Positions 1 through 11,880 of a DNA stretch of 64,000 nucleotides are shown here, in pieces. A program made the position numbers and the translations under genes. The DNA comes from Podarcis muralis (lineage: Eukaryota). A model generated the notes under the pieces. The model made no database searches, was not told where the DNA came from, and saw only the letters and a program-made list of their open reading frames with translations. Numbering within the stretch: position 1 is the stretch's first letter; every line of letters begins with the position of its first letter. The stretch lies in assembly GCF_964188315.1 (NCBI RefSeq), contig NC_135657.1, positions 62,806,001-62,870,000 of the forward strand, written 5' to 3'.

Positions 1-578
1 TCATTTGATTTTAAAAAATACTTACCAGATCCCATTAAAAGTGGGATCTGGTTCCTAGGAATAGTGATCAAAAAGCACACAGGAATAGGGATCAAAAAGC
101 ACACTATACTTAACCATGAACCTAGTAAATTTGCTTAAAGTAAACACATTTAGGAGCAGATATCAGATTACCTACAACGGGCAAACAAAACAAAACCCAA
201 AATTCTAGACTTCTGTAAGTATTGTACCTGATTCAATTTAGAAGCAATGCATCTGTTTGCTCAATTGTCTGCCACGAGGTGGCAGCAAAGGGGCGCCTTT
301 TCCGCATGTCCTGTGAGATTTTCCTTAGTCATTCACCGGACTTCCCTGCTTATTGGATCTTGGTTCTCTATAAAAGAGAAATTCAGTTCATGTGCTGATT
401 TACTCCTAGTGAATTATTTAGCAATAATACTAAACAGAAAAACAAAACTGTCATTGTATAAATGGCCTGATTCATGTCTGCCAAATAAACTTTGCAGGAA
501 GTATTTCTTTTAACAAATTTACTTGGTTAAAAATAGCATGTTGAAAAAGTTTTCCTTTTTAAAAAGAACAGTTTAGAA

Positions 579-661
579 TGCAGTCCTGTGCACCCTTACT
601 TGGGAGTAAACGCTGCAAACTCAGTGAGACTTACTTCTGTGTAGGCATGCGTAGGACTGCA
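579..661. repeat. Short palindromic squamate repeat (tgcagtcct...aggactgca)
   Basis: 9-bp terminal inverted repeat; related copies near 23000-23060, 32870-32955, 37170-37270, 58690-58790. Confidence 0.6.
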
Positions 662-682
662 TTACCTGAAACTTATAATTCA

Positions 683-1215
683 TTTTTTTAAAAAATAATA
701 TTTATTAAAGTTTCAAAGAAATACAAAAAACAAAAAGAAAAAAAAAGAAAAAAAATAATTCACTCATTTCATTCCAGATTTTCAATAACTTCTTTCCAGA
801 ACTTCCCCTCACCTCCCCTTCTTGTATTCCATGTCCAAAATAATTATCCAACAAGTTCTCAACCCTAAATTTTTAACCTTAATTTGTTATTATATTTAAT
901 TCAATTTATATATCAACTTTTAACTTATAAACATCAATCATTTATACTTAAAAATTTTCCTAAGGTCGACCCAATTTCCCTTCCACGAATTCCCCATCTT
1001 TATACTAATAACAACAAAAAATTAAGAAGAAAAATGTAAAAAAAGATTCAGACACCCTTTGGATTTCCAAACCCCACCCTCCCTTCCCCGGTTTCGATCC
1101 CCAAACCAATATCCATTAATCCATCTACTATCAGCCTGGCAACCTCACGTCCGAGGCTCTCAAGTCTCTCTCAGTCCCTCTCTGCCAGTTTCTTTGGAAG
1201 TCCTTTGTATTTAAC
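683..1215 (-). mobile_element. Retroposed L1-like 3' end with 19-bp target-site duplication
   Basis: acctgaaacttataattca repeated exactly at 664-682 and 1216-1234; AATAAA plus A-rich tail at the left end on the - strand; family assignment inferred. Confidence 0.75.
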
Positions 1216-1988
1216 ACCTGAAACTTATAATTCAAATTAAGTTGCATTAGTGCAAAATTACATGTAAGTGTTTAATCATTTGCTGATAAATGCCGCAAAG
1301 GTAGTTGGCAGGTGGCTTAAATTATATCGAAGTCAACTGGGTTTTAGCAGCCTGTTGGCAAGATTGTAGACAATGGTCTAGTAACAGGTAATAATGTTAG
1401 GAAGATGCAAAGGTTGCTCCTGGTTTCAAAAAACTGTTCTTTGCTCAGGGTGCTACATTAGAAGACCCATAGAAAAATAAATTAAGGACAGATTATGCAT
1501 GATCACAGAATTATCTTGAGGACAGGTGTCAAAAGGACACTATGGATCGTCTGAGCCAAACCTGAAGCATTTTAAGAGCATTATTAAAAAATACCACTCA
1601 ACTGCCTTAAAACGATAATATGCATTGTAAAAATTATTAGTGGAGAGACAAAGCTCCTCATTGTAAAATAAATTGTGATATTTCCCATGTCTTCTCTGCT
1701 TACATCATTCATTCTCATAGTATAGTCCTCCTATAAATTAAGATAATGAATTAATTAGGATGATGAGCATGCAGGAAGCTGATAAGCCCAGACTTAAGAC
1801 TTCTGCTGGTGCCCAGTTACATCCATATGCTTAGCACCAGAGCTGTCAGTTCAATCACAGTCGGCACTGTACTCCGTGACTCATTTTACTCTCTCTGCAC
1901 TTATATTACCAACATGTCCTGCCTACACTGTCCACATGCTGCAGAAGGCGGATGGATCATATGGGAAGGGTATACTTGCATATAAATA

Positions 1989-2238
1989 CAGTCGTACCTT
2001 GGATCTTGAATGCCTATACTCCCGAACAAATCGGCTCCCAAATGATTGAAACCCGGAAGTGAGTGTTCCGGTTTCCGAACGATTTTTGGAAGCCGAACAT
2101 CCAATGGAGCTTCCGCGGCTTCCGATTGGCTGCAGGAGCTTCCGGCAACCAATCGGAAGCCATGCTTTGGTTTTTGAACTTTTTGGAAGTTGAGTGGACT
2201 TCTGGAACGGATTCTATTCAACTTCCAAGGGACGACTG
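1989..2238. mobile_element. Tc1/mariner (Tigger-like) MITE
   Basis: TIR cagtcgtaccttgga...tccaagggacgactg flanked by TA on both sides; explains ORFs 1901-2221 and 2063-2344. Confidence 0.85.
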
Positions 2239-2845
2239 TATGGGCATAGGCATCACTTTACACCAAGAAGACTACATGCAGTGGAAGAACATGCACAGGC
2301 CTCAATCTTGGGCCTGTGCTGCATTCAAAATAGAGCCAGTGTGAACCAACTCAGAGACAACTTGCTTGGTTTTTAAAAAAATCTTATACCTGTCTTTGCC
2401 ACTGTAATATAAACAGAAATGTGACACCGTTTTATTGCTGCTTTAAGATATCCTTGATCTTTTCTCTAGTCACTTCAAGATCTTTTCCCACTCACTCCAT
2501 CTCCATCCCTGGACAAGATCTTTCCAAAGCAACATTTCCCAATCTGGTGCCCTCCAGATGTTTTGGACTACAACTCCCATCAGCCACTGCTAGTATGGCT
2601 GGTCATTTTGAGGGCACCAGGTTGGAGAAGGCTGATCTAAAGCCATGAATATTTATTGGACCAACTTCTTTTTTTCTGTCCCCAGCCTGGTAAGAAGGGT
2701 CTTTATTAGACCTGAAACCGTGCGTTCTTATTTTAATCTGCCACATTCTGAACTGATAGGGTTCACAAATGATCAGAATTGAATTGGCCTCTCCCCATTT
2801 TAATAGACTTTGTATCGATGATTGACTTTTTCCTTTCAACATTAG

Positions 2846-3038
2846 GTTTGGGTCGAATCCAATACAGGGAAGACTCAGCTGCATAGCAAAGGAGAACTCC
2901 ATCTATGTGGTTGCCAACATGGGGGACAAGAAGCCATGCAACCGCAGTGACCCCCAGTGCCCGAGTGACGGTCGCTATCAGTACAATACAGACGTTGTTT
3001 ACGATACGGAAGGGAAATTTGTGGCACGTTACCACAAG
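2846..3038 (+). CDS. Vanin/pantetheinase paralog A, coding exon 3 (gene 5'-partial)
   Basis: ttag|G...AAG|gtaagc, 193 nt; (R)[64 protein letters not shown]; ends at the catalytic Lys (ARYHK); same length as exon 3 of vanin B. Confidence 0.95.
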
Positions 3039-3196
3039 GTAAGCGCTCTTCTCCATTTTGGTTCAGATGTTGCTGGACTCTGTCAGGCCTAGTCAGTTTG
3101 GCCAACGGTCAGAGACGATGGGAGTTTGTGCTCCGGGGGGGCTGCAGGTTCTCCATTTGCTATAGAAAGCACAGTAATGCAGCCTAGGGTCAACAC

Positions 3197-3332
3197 CAGG
3201 TATAGGAAAACTCAGCCCTCCAGTTATTTTGGGACTACAACTCCCATCATCCCTGACTACTGGTCCTGTTAGCTAGCGATGATGGGAACTGTAGTCCCAA
3301 AACATCTGGAGGGCCGAGTTTGCCTATGCCTG
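3197..3332. mobile_element. hAT-type MITE ('ggactacaactcccatc' family)
   Basis: TIR caggtataggaaaact/agtttgcctatgcctg; 8-bp TSD gtcaacac/gtctacac (1 mismatch); decayed copies near 2520-2630, 4445-4550, 5180-5300, 6480-6620, 9230-9360, 12900-13010, 40505-40610, 61750-61900. Confidence 0.85.
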
Positions 3333-3624
3333 GTCTACACAAACACAGATAGTAATGCAAATTAATATACGTAGCTCAATTTGAATTAGAAGAAAAGGGA
3401 ACTCCCATTTCTCCCACCCAAATAAGAGATAGGTATGCACTCATGTGGAGCAGGCAGAGAAGCTGCACCAGTATTCATGGATGTGTCTTGTTGAAAGAGA
3501 AATCACAATATTTGAGATGTTTGCTGTAAGGACTTTACTTGTAGATTGTTTTCACAAGATAATCCAGGTCTTGTAAGTGTGCTGAAAAACAGAGGCAACA
3601 CCACTAACTTCTAGGAGAATAACT

Positions 3625-3930
3625 GTAGGTCAGTAGTAGACTATCCTCTTTGCACGCAGAAGGTCCCAGTTTCAGTCCTGGCATCTTCAGGTAGAGCTGG
3701 GAATGTCTCCTACCTGAAATCCTGGAAAGCCACTGCCAGTCAGTGAAGACAAGAGTAGGCAACACAGTGCCCTCCAGAAAGGAGCAGACAGCATCTTCTA
3801 TCATCCTTGATCCTGGCTGGCTGGGGCTGGTGGCCTTTGGAGGGCACCATCTTGGTTTCCCTGGTCTAGACAATATTGAGCTGAATGGACCAATGGTCTG
3901 ACTCGGTGTAAAACAGCTTCTTATGTTCCT
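3625..3930 (+). mobile_element. Old tRNA-derived SINE (Squam2-like)
   Basis: tRNA-like head (tttgcacgcagaaggtcccagtttcagtcctggcatc), tail cagcttcttatgttcct; related copies near 12130-12260, 12780-12905 (-), 17630-17770, 45400-45500, 55415-55605. Confidence 0.6.
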
Positions 3931-4007
3931 AATACTATTTTTCCTGTCTCCACGAGGTGCTTTTCTTCCAATAATATCTGTATATATATTTTCTGTCTTA
4001 TAAACAG

Positions 4008-4302
4008 TACAACCTTTTCGCTTCTGAAGTATACTTTAATTACGCCAAGGACCCACAGTTTGTCACCCTCAACACCTCCTTTGGGAAGCTTGGCCTTATG
4101 ACATGTGCCGACGTTCTTAATTATCGTGAGCCTGCCATCTCGCTGGTGGAGAAGTACAAGGTGGACACCATCCTCTTCCCAACTGCTTGGCAGAATGGCC
4201 TGCCGCTCCTGTCTGCTGTTGAGTTCTACTCAGCCTGGGCAATGGGGATGCGTGTCAACTTCCTTGCTGCTAATATAAACAAGCCCAGCTTGGACATTAC
4301 TG
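4008..4302 (+). CDS. Vanin paralog A, exon 4 (catalytic Cys)
   Basis: aacag|TAC...ACT G|gtaaag, 295 nt; [98 protein letters not shown](G); one codon longer than vanin B exon 4. Confidence 0.95.
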
Positions 4303-4811
4303 GTAAAGTGCTACCTTGAATAATCTCAGTGTAGATATAGATCTGGCAATTTGAGTGTGGGAAAGAGCACAGAGGGGGGAAAGGATTAACCTATTAATTG
4401 CTATTTTAAAAATGTGATTTCCTTCAGAGATCAGCCTTATAAAATAATGATGGCAAACTGTGGCCCTCCAGATGTTGCTGGACTATAGCTCCCATTGGCC
4501 ATGGTGCCTGGGGCTGATGGGAGGTGGAGTCCACCAGCATCTGCTACCAGTTCTAAAGTCACAGTTATGAACTCTCTACCTGCCTCTTTCAAGGCGGGCG
4601 ATGAGCGCACAATGACATTCTGCAGGCAACACATTATTTGCATTAATACATTATTTGTCTTCACATGCCCTGTGCTGACCCAATACATTTTGCAGCTTGA
4701 GGCAAATGACAAAATGGTATGGACCAATTCCACGTACAGAAGCAGTTGGATTTTACTTCAGCACTGGCAAAGGGACAGCATCCTCCATTGTTTGTGTGTG
4801 TGTTTGCTTAA

Positions 4812-5018
4812 TGCATTTATATCCCACCTTTCCCCGTATTTAGCTCAAGGTGGTGTGCATGATTCTCTCTCTCCTCATTTAATCCCCTCAACAACCCCAT
4901 GAAGTAGGTTATTCTGAGAGGGAGTGACTGGCCCAAGGTCACCCAGTGAGCTTTATGGCTGAGTGGGGATTTGAAACCTGGTACCCCAGGTCCTAGCCCG
5001 ACACTCTCACCACGACAC
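4812..5018 (-). mobile_element. Old MIR/Squam3-like SINE
   Basis: Core gactggcccaaggtcacccagtgagctttatggctgagtggggatttgaa; further fragments near 10365-10410 and 57230-57340. Confidence 0.7.
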
Positions 5019-5463
5019 CCTACGGGCTTTGAGGGTAACATGCTAACTTAGGGGGTTGCACACAGCTCTATCCTAAGTAGAAGAGAACATCTGGGGACTA
5101 AGGCCAGTTCCCAGGATCGGTTACCTACCGGTACCTTGCTTTGCCTAATGAGATGCATTCCCTGCTGAAGCTATTTGTGTGGGGGACCTTTGGCTTTCCA
5201 GATGTTGCTGAACTACACATCCCATCATCCCTGGCCATTGGCCGTGCTTGCTGGGACTGATGGGAACTGTAATTCAGCAATTACCTACACCTGCTCTGGT
5301 CACTTCCCACCATTTGCCCTATGCATTAGCGTCTAGCCCCAAATCAGTGAATTGAGATGCTGCTCTGCTTCCCTTTACCTTTGCTGTTAGTACTCCATTC
5401 ATTGGGGAAACAAATGGAATAGTAAAACTTATGCCTCACCCGAGTGTCTTTTGCCATCCACAG

Positions 5464-5834
5464 GGAGTGGTATCTTTACACCTGAAGGAGCCAAGGTGTA
5501 TCGCTTTGATATGAAAACGCAGACTGGAAAACTCCTGGTTGCGGAAATCAATGCTCGCCCCCGTCTTTCCCCCACATACCCTCCTGCTGTCAACTGGAGC
5601 TTATATGCTTCAAATATCAAGCATTTCCCCGCAAGCCCAGTGTTTACTGCAAGCTTCTATTTTGATAATTTCACCTTCACTGAACTCTCTCAAGAAGCTG
5701 GAAACCACACCGTCTGCCAAAAGGGCCTCTGCTGCCACTTGAGCTACAAGATGGCAGAGAAGCGAGAGGATGAGGTTTATGCATTCGGTGCCTTTGATGG
5801 GCTTCATGTGATCGAAGGGGAATATTATCTGCAG
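5464..5834 (+). CDS. Vanin paralog A, exon 5
   Basis: cacag|GG AGT GGT ATC...CTG CAG|gtaaag, 371 nt; SGIFTPEGAKVYRFDM...CQKGLCCHLSY...FGAFDGLHVIEGEYYLQ. Confidence 0.95.
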
Positions 5835-5879
5835 GTAAAGGGTTTTGTGAGGTAGGGTGAACAGGCCATGTGGAAGGGA

Positions 5880-6280
5880 AATGCCCTACCAGTGGGAGTG
5901 GGGGAGAATGTGGCTCCGTACTCATTTAAAGGCAAACCTACCCAGCTCGGAACAATATGTGAACCAAAACACAGCCATCATTTTAAATGGCACATTCCTG
6001 AATTTTGCACTGCACTTCTCCGGTCAAGTAATATGTCCAGCCAAGAGGAATATATTCCGGTAATATGTGCATAAAATGCAAATATGAGTGAAAACAACAT
6101 ACAGAAACACATTATATTAGAGGGGGGAAATCTATATATTGGGCCAAATAGCACATTAAAAATTAGTGTATTAAAATGCTGGTGAATTTTCTTGTGAACT
6201 TCTTTAAAAGAGAAAATTCACAAACTGATGTGGGAATATGGAGAGTTGAATTTAAGACTGGAAAAACAAGAAACCGAGAG
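5880..6280 (+). repeat. Unclassified ~350-bp interspersed repeat
   Basis: Shared blocks (gaattttgca.tgca.ttctcc; aaaatgctggtg; gaatttaaga.tggaaaaa.gagaaac) with copies at about 28130-28460, 36545-36920, 59757-60115. Confidence 0.6.
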
Positions 6281-7016
6281 AAAAAGAAACTGATAGTGTT
6301 TCCCATCCCTACCTCCCAACAATGTCTAGGATACATGTGTTTCATGCTTTCATTGTGGCAGAGCCTTTGAGGAAACCGGAAGCTGTACTCTCCAGAAGCT
6401 TTTCCAAAAGCCCGTAAGAATCATTAGAGGGATTACTACTGAAGAAAAGAATAATCCCTATAAGACACCTCCCTGCTTTAGAGCACAGCCATTGCTTAGA
6501 GCAGAGCTGGCTGTAGTTGTTGGACTCATGTTCCCATCATCTCTGATCATTGGCCTCGCTGTCCGGGGCTGATAGGAACTGAAATCCAGCAAATCTGGAG
6601 GGCCACAGATTCCACACCCCTGATATAGGGGGTGGGGATTATATATCACATTCATAACATGATTTGAAAAATTTAGTAGGATTCTGGGGAAAATAAGTCT
6701 GCTGAAGTCATTGGAGATGGTAGTCCCTTTACTTAACACAGTGCCACCATGTGGCTTCCTGCTTAACATCATATTCTGTCTTTGGTTTGTTTGCTTTTTG
6801 CATGACATGCAAGTGTCATGTAAATGCTAAGTACAGTACTCCCGGTATTACATAGAGTTTTTCGAAGGATGCACACAAAAGCACAATGCATTTTATTTTA
6901 TTTTTACAGAAAAGGCCTCAGAATTCTCTGTTGATTCAAAAGCAATCCTTGTTTGCTGGTCCTCACAAGGGAAACAGAAAGATCCCCCCCTCCAAAAAAA
7001 TCCCCTAACCTCAATA

Positions 7017-7365
7017 AGGTAAAGCAACCCCTGACCATTAGGTCCAGTCGTGACCGACTCTGGGGTTGTGGCGCTCATCTCGCTTTATTGGCTGAGGGAG
7101 CCGGCATACAGCTTCCAGGATATGTGGCCAGCATGACTAAGCCACTTCTGGCGAACCAGAGCAGCACACGGAAACACCGTTTACCTTCCCGCCGGAGTGG
7201 TACCTATTTATCTACTTGCACTTTGACGTGCTTTCAAACTGCTAGGTTGGCAGGAGCAGGGACCGAGCAACGGGAGCTCACCCTGTCGCGGGGATTCGAA
7301 CCGCTGACCTTCTGATCAGCAAGTCCTAGGCTCTGTGGTTTAACCCACAGTGCCACCCACATCCC
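7017..7365 (-). mobile_element. Sauria SINE (full length)
   Basis: Typical body (cgctcatctcgctttattggc...ggattcgaaccgctgaccttctgatc); 11-bp TSD taacctcaata at 7006-7016 and 7368-7378. Confidence 0.9.
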
Positions 7366-7633
7366 TGTAACCTCAATACTGTATTGCAAAAAGAATACTT
7401 GTTTATTTCTTCCAAATATTCTAGAGTTGTCTCAAAATAATCAGCAAAAGCAATCTACTTCAGACTTGGTATTGTGCAGTGTTAGCATTGGTTTGTGTAC
7501 TGTTTTGAATCACAGAAGCATCCTGTATAGCCCACTTACATGGGAAGTATCTTCCTCCATTCCATAAACACAAGGCTCTTTGAATGGCTTAGTTCCACAA
7601 AATAACCTTTCCCACAACCCTCTCTTTCCATAG

Positions 7634-7804
7634 ATATGCACACTACTGAAATGTAAGAGCACAGACTTGAAATCATGCGGGGAGCCAGTTGAGACAGCTC
7701 ATACAAGATTTGACTCCTTCACCCTCAGCGGCACCTTTAACACAAGCTATGTGTTTCCGGAAGTCTTGCTCACTGAGACTCAGCTGACCACTGGAGAATT
7801 TCAG
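7634..7804 (+). CDS. Vanin paralog A, exon 6 (base domain)
   Basis: catag|ATA TGC...TTT CAG|gtaagg, 171 nt; [57 protein letters not shown]. Confidence 0.95.
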
Positions 7805-8803
7805 GTAAGGACCAAAGTGGCTTCAAACTTCTGCAAAAGCAGTGACCCAAGCCATTTCTTAGATTAAAACAGCTCCTCCTCGCCATCTCTCAAAACAGTT
7901 GTGCTCCTAATCATTCAATAGTCACAGCTTTCTTTGTACCTAGCACTGAACTTTTTTAACAGCTCTCCCTGCTATGTGTGTGTGAATTTGGTCTCTCTCA
8001 TCTTGCCTGTAGCAGAGTAGGGTAGTGAGCATGTGGCCCTCCAGATGGGAATGAAAGCCCAGCAGCATCTGAAGCGCAGGGGTGGAGCTTTTGCAAGGCC
8101 ATTTGATGCCCTCCCTCCAGCTTACGGCGGGCATTGAGAAAGAAGTGTGGGGTTCTGGAAGGGTCTTAGAGCCTCCCCACCTCTTTCCCAAAGCCTGGCA
8201 AGCACTTGCTCAGCTTTGGGAAGGAGGACATTAGGACCCTGGCAGAGCCCTCACACCTGCTTCCCAAAGCTGAGCCTCTGCGAAGGGCCACAGGTTCTCC
8301 AGCCCTGGCCTACAGTATTCAGCAAAGAAAGGCAGGCTGAGGCCTAGTCTACCCACTTTCCTTGCTTGCTCATTGACAAACAGTCCATGGAAGCTGCTGT
8401 TATGCACGTCACTCAGTAATTCTAAATGTATTTTGGGTGCAGGCACATGACTCTCACGGAAAACTGCTACAACTTAAAAAGAAATGCATTACTTTTCACC
8501 ATAGTGGGGAAGACTGCGGCCAGGTGACCGGCTGGCTCAGTCTGCTGTCTAGGTGACAGGTGTTGGCGGACAGCTATAAGGGCCCTGCTCTCCCTTCTTT
8601 ATTTTTAAACTGGACTTGGACTGGGTAAGGATGCCTTCAAACCGGAGGATGTCCTATGTAAAGAAGGATGCAAGGCCACCCTGTTTGATTGCAAGCACCT
8701 GTAACTCTCCAGTAATAAATGTTTGCCTGCATTTTCCTATGTATTCTAAGCCAAACATGTTTCCCAATGTATAACTTTTTGCCTGCCCTTTCCATCCTCC
8801 CAG

Positions 8804-8920
8804 GTATTGACTGACGGACGTTTGACAAGCAATGGCCTATCAAAGCCAGTCCTATCTGTGGCTCTTTTTGGAAGGTGGTATGAAAGGGACCCGCCACATC
8901 CAGAGGGTGCTCCTTCATAA
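8804..8920 (+). CDS. Vanin paralog A, terminal exon 7
   Basis: cccag|GTA TTG...TCA TAA; VLTDGRLTSNGLSKPVLSVALFGRWYERDPPHPEGAPS*; missed by the ORF track; AATAAA at 9405-9410 is a possible poly(A) signal. Confidence 0.93.
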   Translation, partial: VLTDGRLTSNGLSKPVLSVALFGRWYERDPPHPEGAPS

Positions 8921-10875
8921 GACTCATCCAATCATAATCATGTCTCTTTTCCTGAATTTTGTGGGTGCTTGTACAACAAAGGCGGAATGAACAGGATCAG
9001 TGTGTTCTGCTGCAGGACAAACCAAATAGCTTGTTTTAGGAGCAGTTATCAGCCACAAAGAGGAGATGAACACACCATCTAGCTACATGGCAGTTCCCCA
9101 TTGCTTTAAACAGGAGCATGGGGCATACAATGAAGAAGGACTTTGGCTTTAGACTTTATTAATATTTGTGTTCCTCCTCTTGGTTGAACCCAAAAGAAAT
9201 CTGTTGCTAGGGCAAATATAAACTATAATTCAGGGTGGGGAACCAGTGGCTCTCCAGAGGTTGTTGGACTTCAACTCCCATCATTCCTGACCTCAAGCCA
9301 CACTGACTGGGGAGGTTGATGGGAAATGGAATCCAGCATGGTCACAGGTACCCTCCTCCCTGCTGTAAGCATTCAGACGACTAATTTGTCGTCTATCAGA
9401 AAGAAATAAACATTTCTTTGCTTTTCCTGAAACATGTACCCTGCTCAATAGGGCCAATACTTGATAGAAGGTCTGTTGTCTGGTTCATTCTGAGAAAGCA
9501 CCCAAAATGAACCTTTGTTGTTTGTGGGTGAGTGTCCAGTCTTGCCCACACTTCATGAAGATACTAAGCACCCAAGGCCCTCTGTAGGTCCAGGACCAAA
9601 ATTTGTGAGTTTGTAATCTTCCTGCTGCCCAAATCATATGTCAGATTCCAAAATCGAGTCAAACTCAAACTCAGTCCCCAAAAGGATTCTGGGAAAGATG
9701 TGCTGCATGTGTTCTGATCCAGTTTCTTGTTCCTTACTTGGGTCTCCAGCTGTGTTGTTCAGAGACTTATGCATACACTTGGGGAGGAATTCAACTAACC
9801 AGTCCTGCTAGCAGGAACCCACAAAAAGGCTTCTACTAGTGCAATATGGCTTTCTTCCTCCTCCCCCATGTATGCCCCTATGCTTTCCAAAATTGGCTCT
9901 GTGGGGTCAAGAGAAGCCCCCAAATAGTGCACAGAGGAAGGAGAGGGGAGATTGTTACATCAGCCAAGCAAGAATACTTGCACCGACTAAGTGCTGTGTT
10001 AAATTTCTCCCATGGTTTCTTAACTCATGGAAACTTGCAATTAAGTTGATGAACCTTGTTTTTCATTTCAGGCTTAATCAGTTAGGTGTGCAATTTACTT
10101 CTGGTTGTTAGATGTCTCTGTGAATACTCAGTTTGAGTGGAAAAGCGACTCACTTACTTTGTAATGAATAAAATGTTTTGAATTGTCGTTTTTATGTTTA
10201 CATTGCTTTTGCCCTTAAAATAAATATCATGCTTTAGTAAAGTAATTCCTCTTGGCTTATTTTGACATATATACACTCTGGTCCAAAACACCATTTTGTT
10301 ATAAGTTGCTACACTGTACTGTGGTAAGTAAATCTTAAAAGAGAGAAGAATGGTGAGCCTATAAATTAGACTGAGAGGTAGTGACTGGCCAAAGGTCACC
10401 CAGTGAGCTTTATATGCTGTACTGTTTTTAACACTGATTGGGAGCCGCCCAGAGTGGCTGGGGAAACTCAGCCAGATGGGCGGGGTATAAATAATAAATT
10501 ATTATTATTATTATTATTTATAGTTGACAAGGGATTTGAACCGCAGTGTCGCAAGCTAACCCACCATACTGGTCCATTGATCTTTCTTTTATTTATTTAG
10601 TACTGTTTTCTTCAAGGAAGTTGGCAGTATTATATATTTACTTACTTGTTCGTTTGTTTTGTTAAATTAATGTGAGAAACTTTGGGACTGCTACCCGTAA
10701 AACAGGTGTTCTGAGTCTCTGACCTATGAATCATCCGTTGGATACACGTTGGCTGTGTGAGGACATACTAAGCTAAGAAATGGGAGGTATTCAACTAAGT
10801 TTTACTAAAGGAGACTTGTTTAAATTTAATGGACCTAACTTAGATATGTTCATTAATTTCTGTGGGTCTATTCTG

Positions 10876-11261
10876 TTGTTGTTGTTGTTTAGTCATTTAG
10901 TCGTTTAGTCATGTCTGACTCTTCGTGACCCCATGGACCAGAGCACGCCAGGCACTCCTGTCTTCCACTGCCTCCTGCAGTTTGGTCAAACTCATGCTGG
11001 TAGCTTCGAGAACGCTGTCCAACCATCTCATCCTCTGTCGTCCCCTTCTCCTTGTGCCCTCCATCTTTCCCAACATCAGGGTCTTTTCCAGGGAGTCCTC
11101 TCTTCTCATGAGGTGGCCAAAATATTGGAGTCTCAGCTTCAGGATCTGTCCTTCCAGTGAGCACTCAGGGCTGATTTCCTTAAGAATGGATAGGTTTGAT
11201 CTTCTTGCAGTCCATGGGACTCTCAAGAGTCTCCTCCAGCACCATAATTCAAAAGCATCAA
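10876..11261 (-). mobile_element. BovB (RTE) LINE 3' fragment
   Basis: ORF 10909-11307 encodes the BovB RT C-terminus (DAFELWCWRRLLRVPWTARRSNLSILKEI...LEKTLMLGKMEG...WRALVHGVTKS); (caa)n tail. Confidence 0.92.
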
Positions 11262-11457
11262 ACCCAATAGTTATAGAAATATGAATAATCACTCTAGATG
11301 TTACCATTTTGATTTTAAACAGCTTTAGATTTAGCTGAAAACCACAATCCTGGCAAGAGATTGAAAACTATTGGCTGACAGGACTGTGACATCATTGCTT
11401 AGATTCCACAGCCACTGCAGATCAGTTTGTAGGCTATTCCATTTGGAGTTTCTGTTT

Positions 11458-11805
11458 ACAGCCTTGGCCCAGTATACCTGAAGGAGCGTCTCCCCCCTCA
11501 TCGTTCTGCCTGGACACAGAGGTCCAGCGCTGAAGGCCTTCTGGTGGTTCCCTCACTGCGAGAAGAGAAGTTACAGGGAACCAGGCAGAGGGCCTTCTCA
11601 GAAGTAATGCCCTACCTGTGGAATGCCCTCCCATCAGATGTCAAGGAGTTTAAGAACTACACAACTTTTAGATGACATCTGTATCAAGAAGTTTTTAACG
11701 TTTGATGTTTTATTATGTTTTTATATTCTGCTAAAAGCCGCCCAGAGAGGCTGGGGAAACCTAGGCAGATGGGCAGGGTATAAATACTACTACTACAACA
11801 ACAAC

Positions 11806-11850
<45 letters not shown>

Positions 11851-11880
11851 TACTATTACTACTACTACTACTACTACTAC
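11458..11880 (+). mobile_element. L2 LINE 3' fragment with (ATT)n/(ACT)n tail
   Basis: cccagtatacctgaaggagcgtct...ccaggcagagggccttct...ggctggggaaac; same family at 10413-10520, 17051-17430, 21328-21460, 29811-30362, 30495-30810, 38468-38627, 62961-63319. Confidence 0.85.

Noticed and set aside
1-2845. Exons 1-2 of vanin A
   Set aside because: No AAVYEH or TPED-like coding sequence found; presumed upstream of the window.
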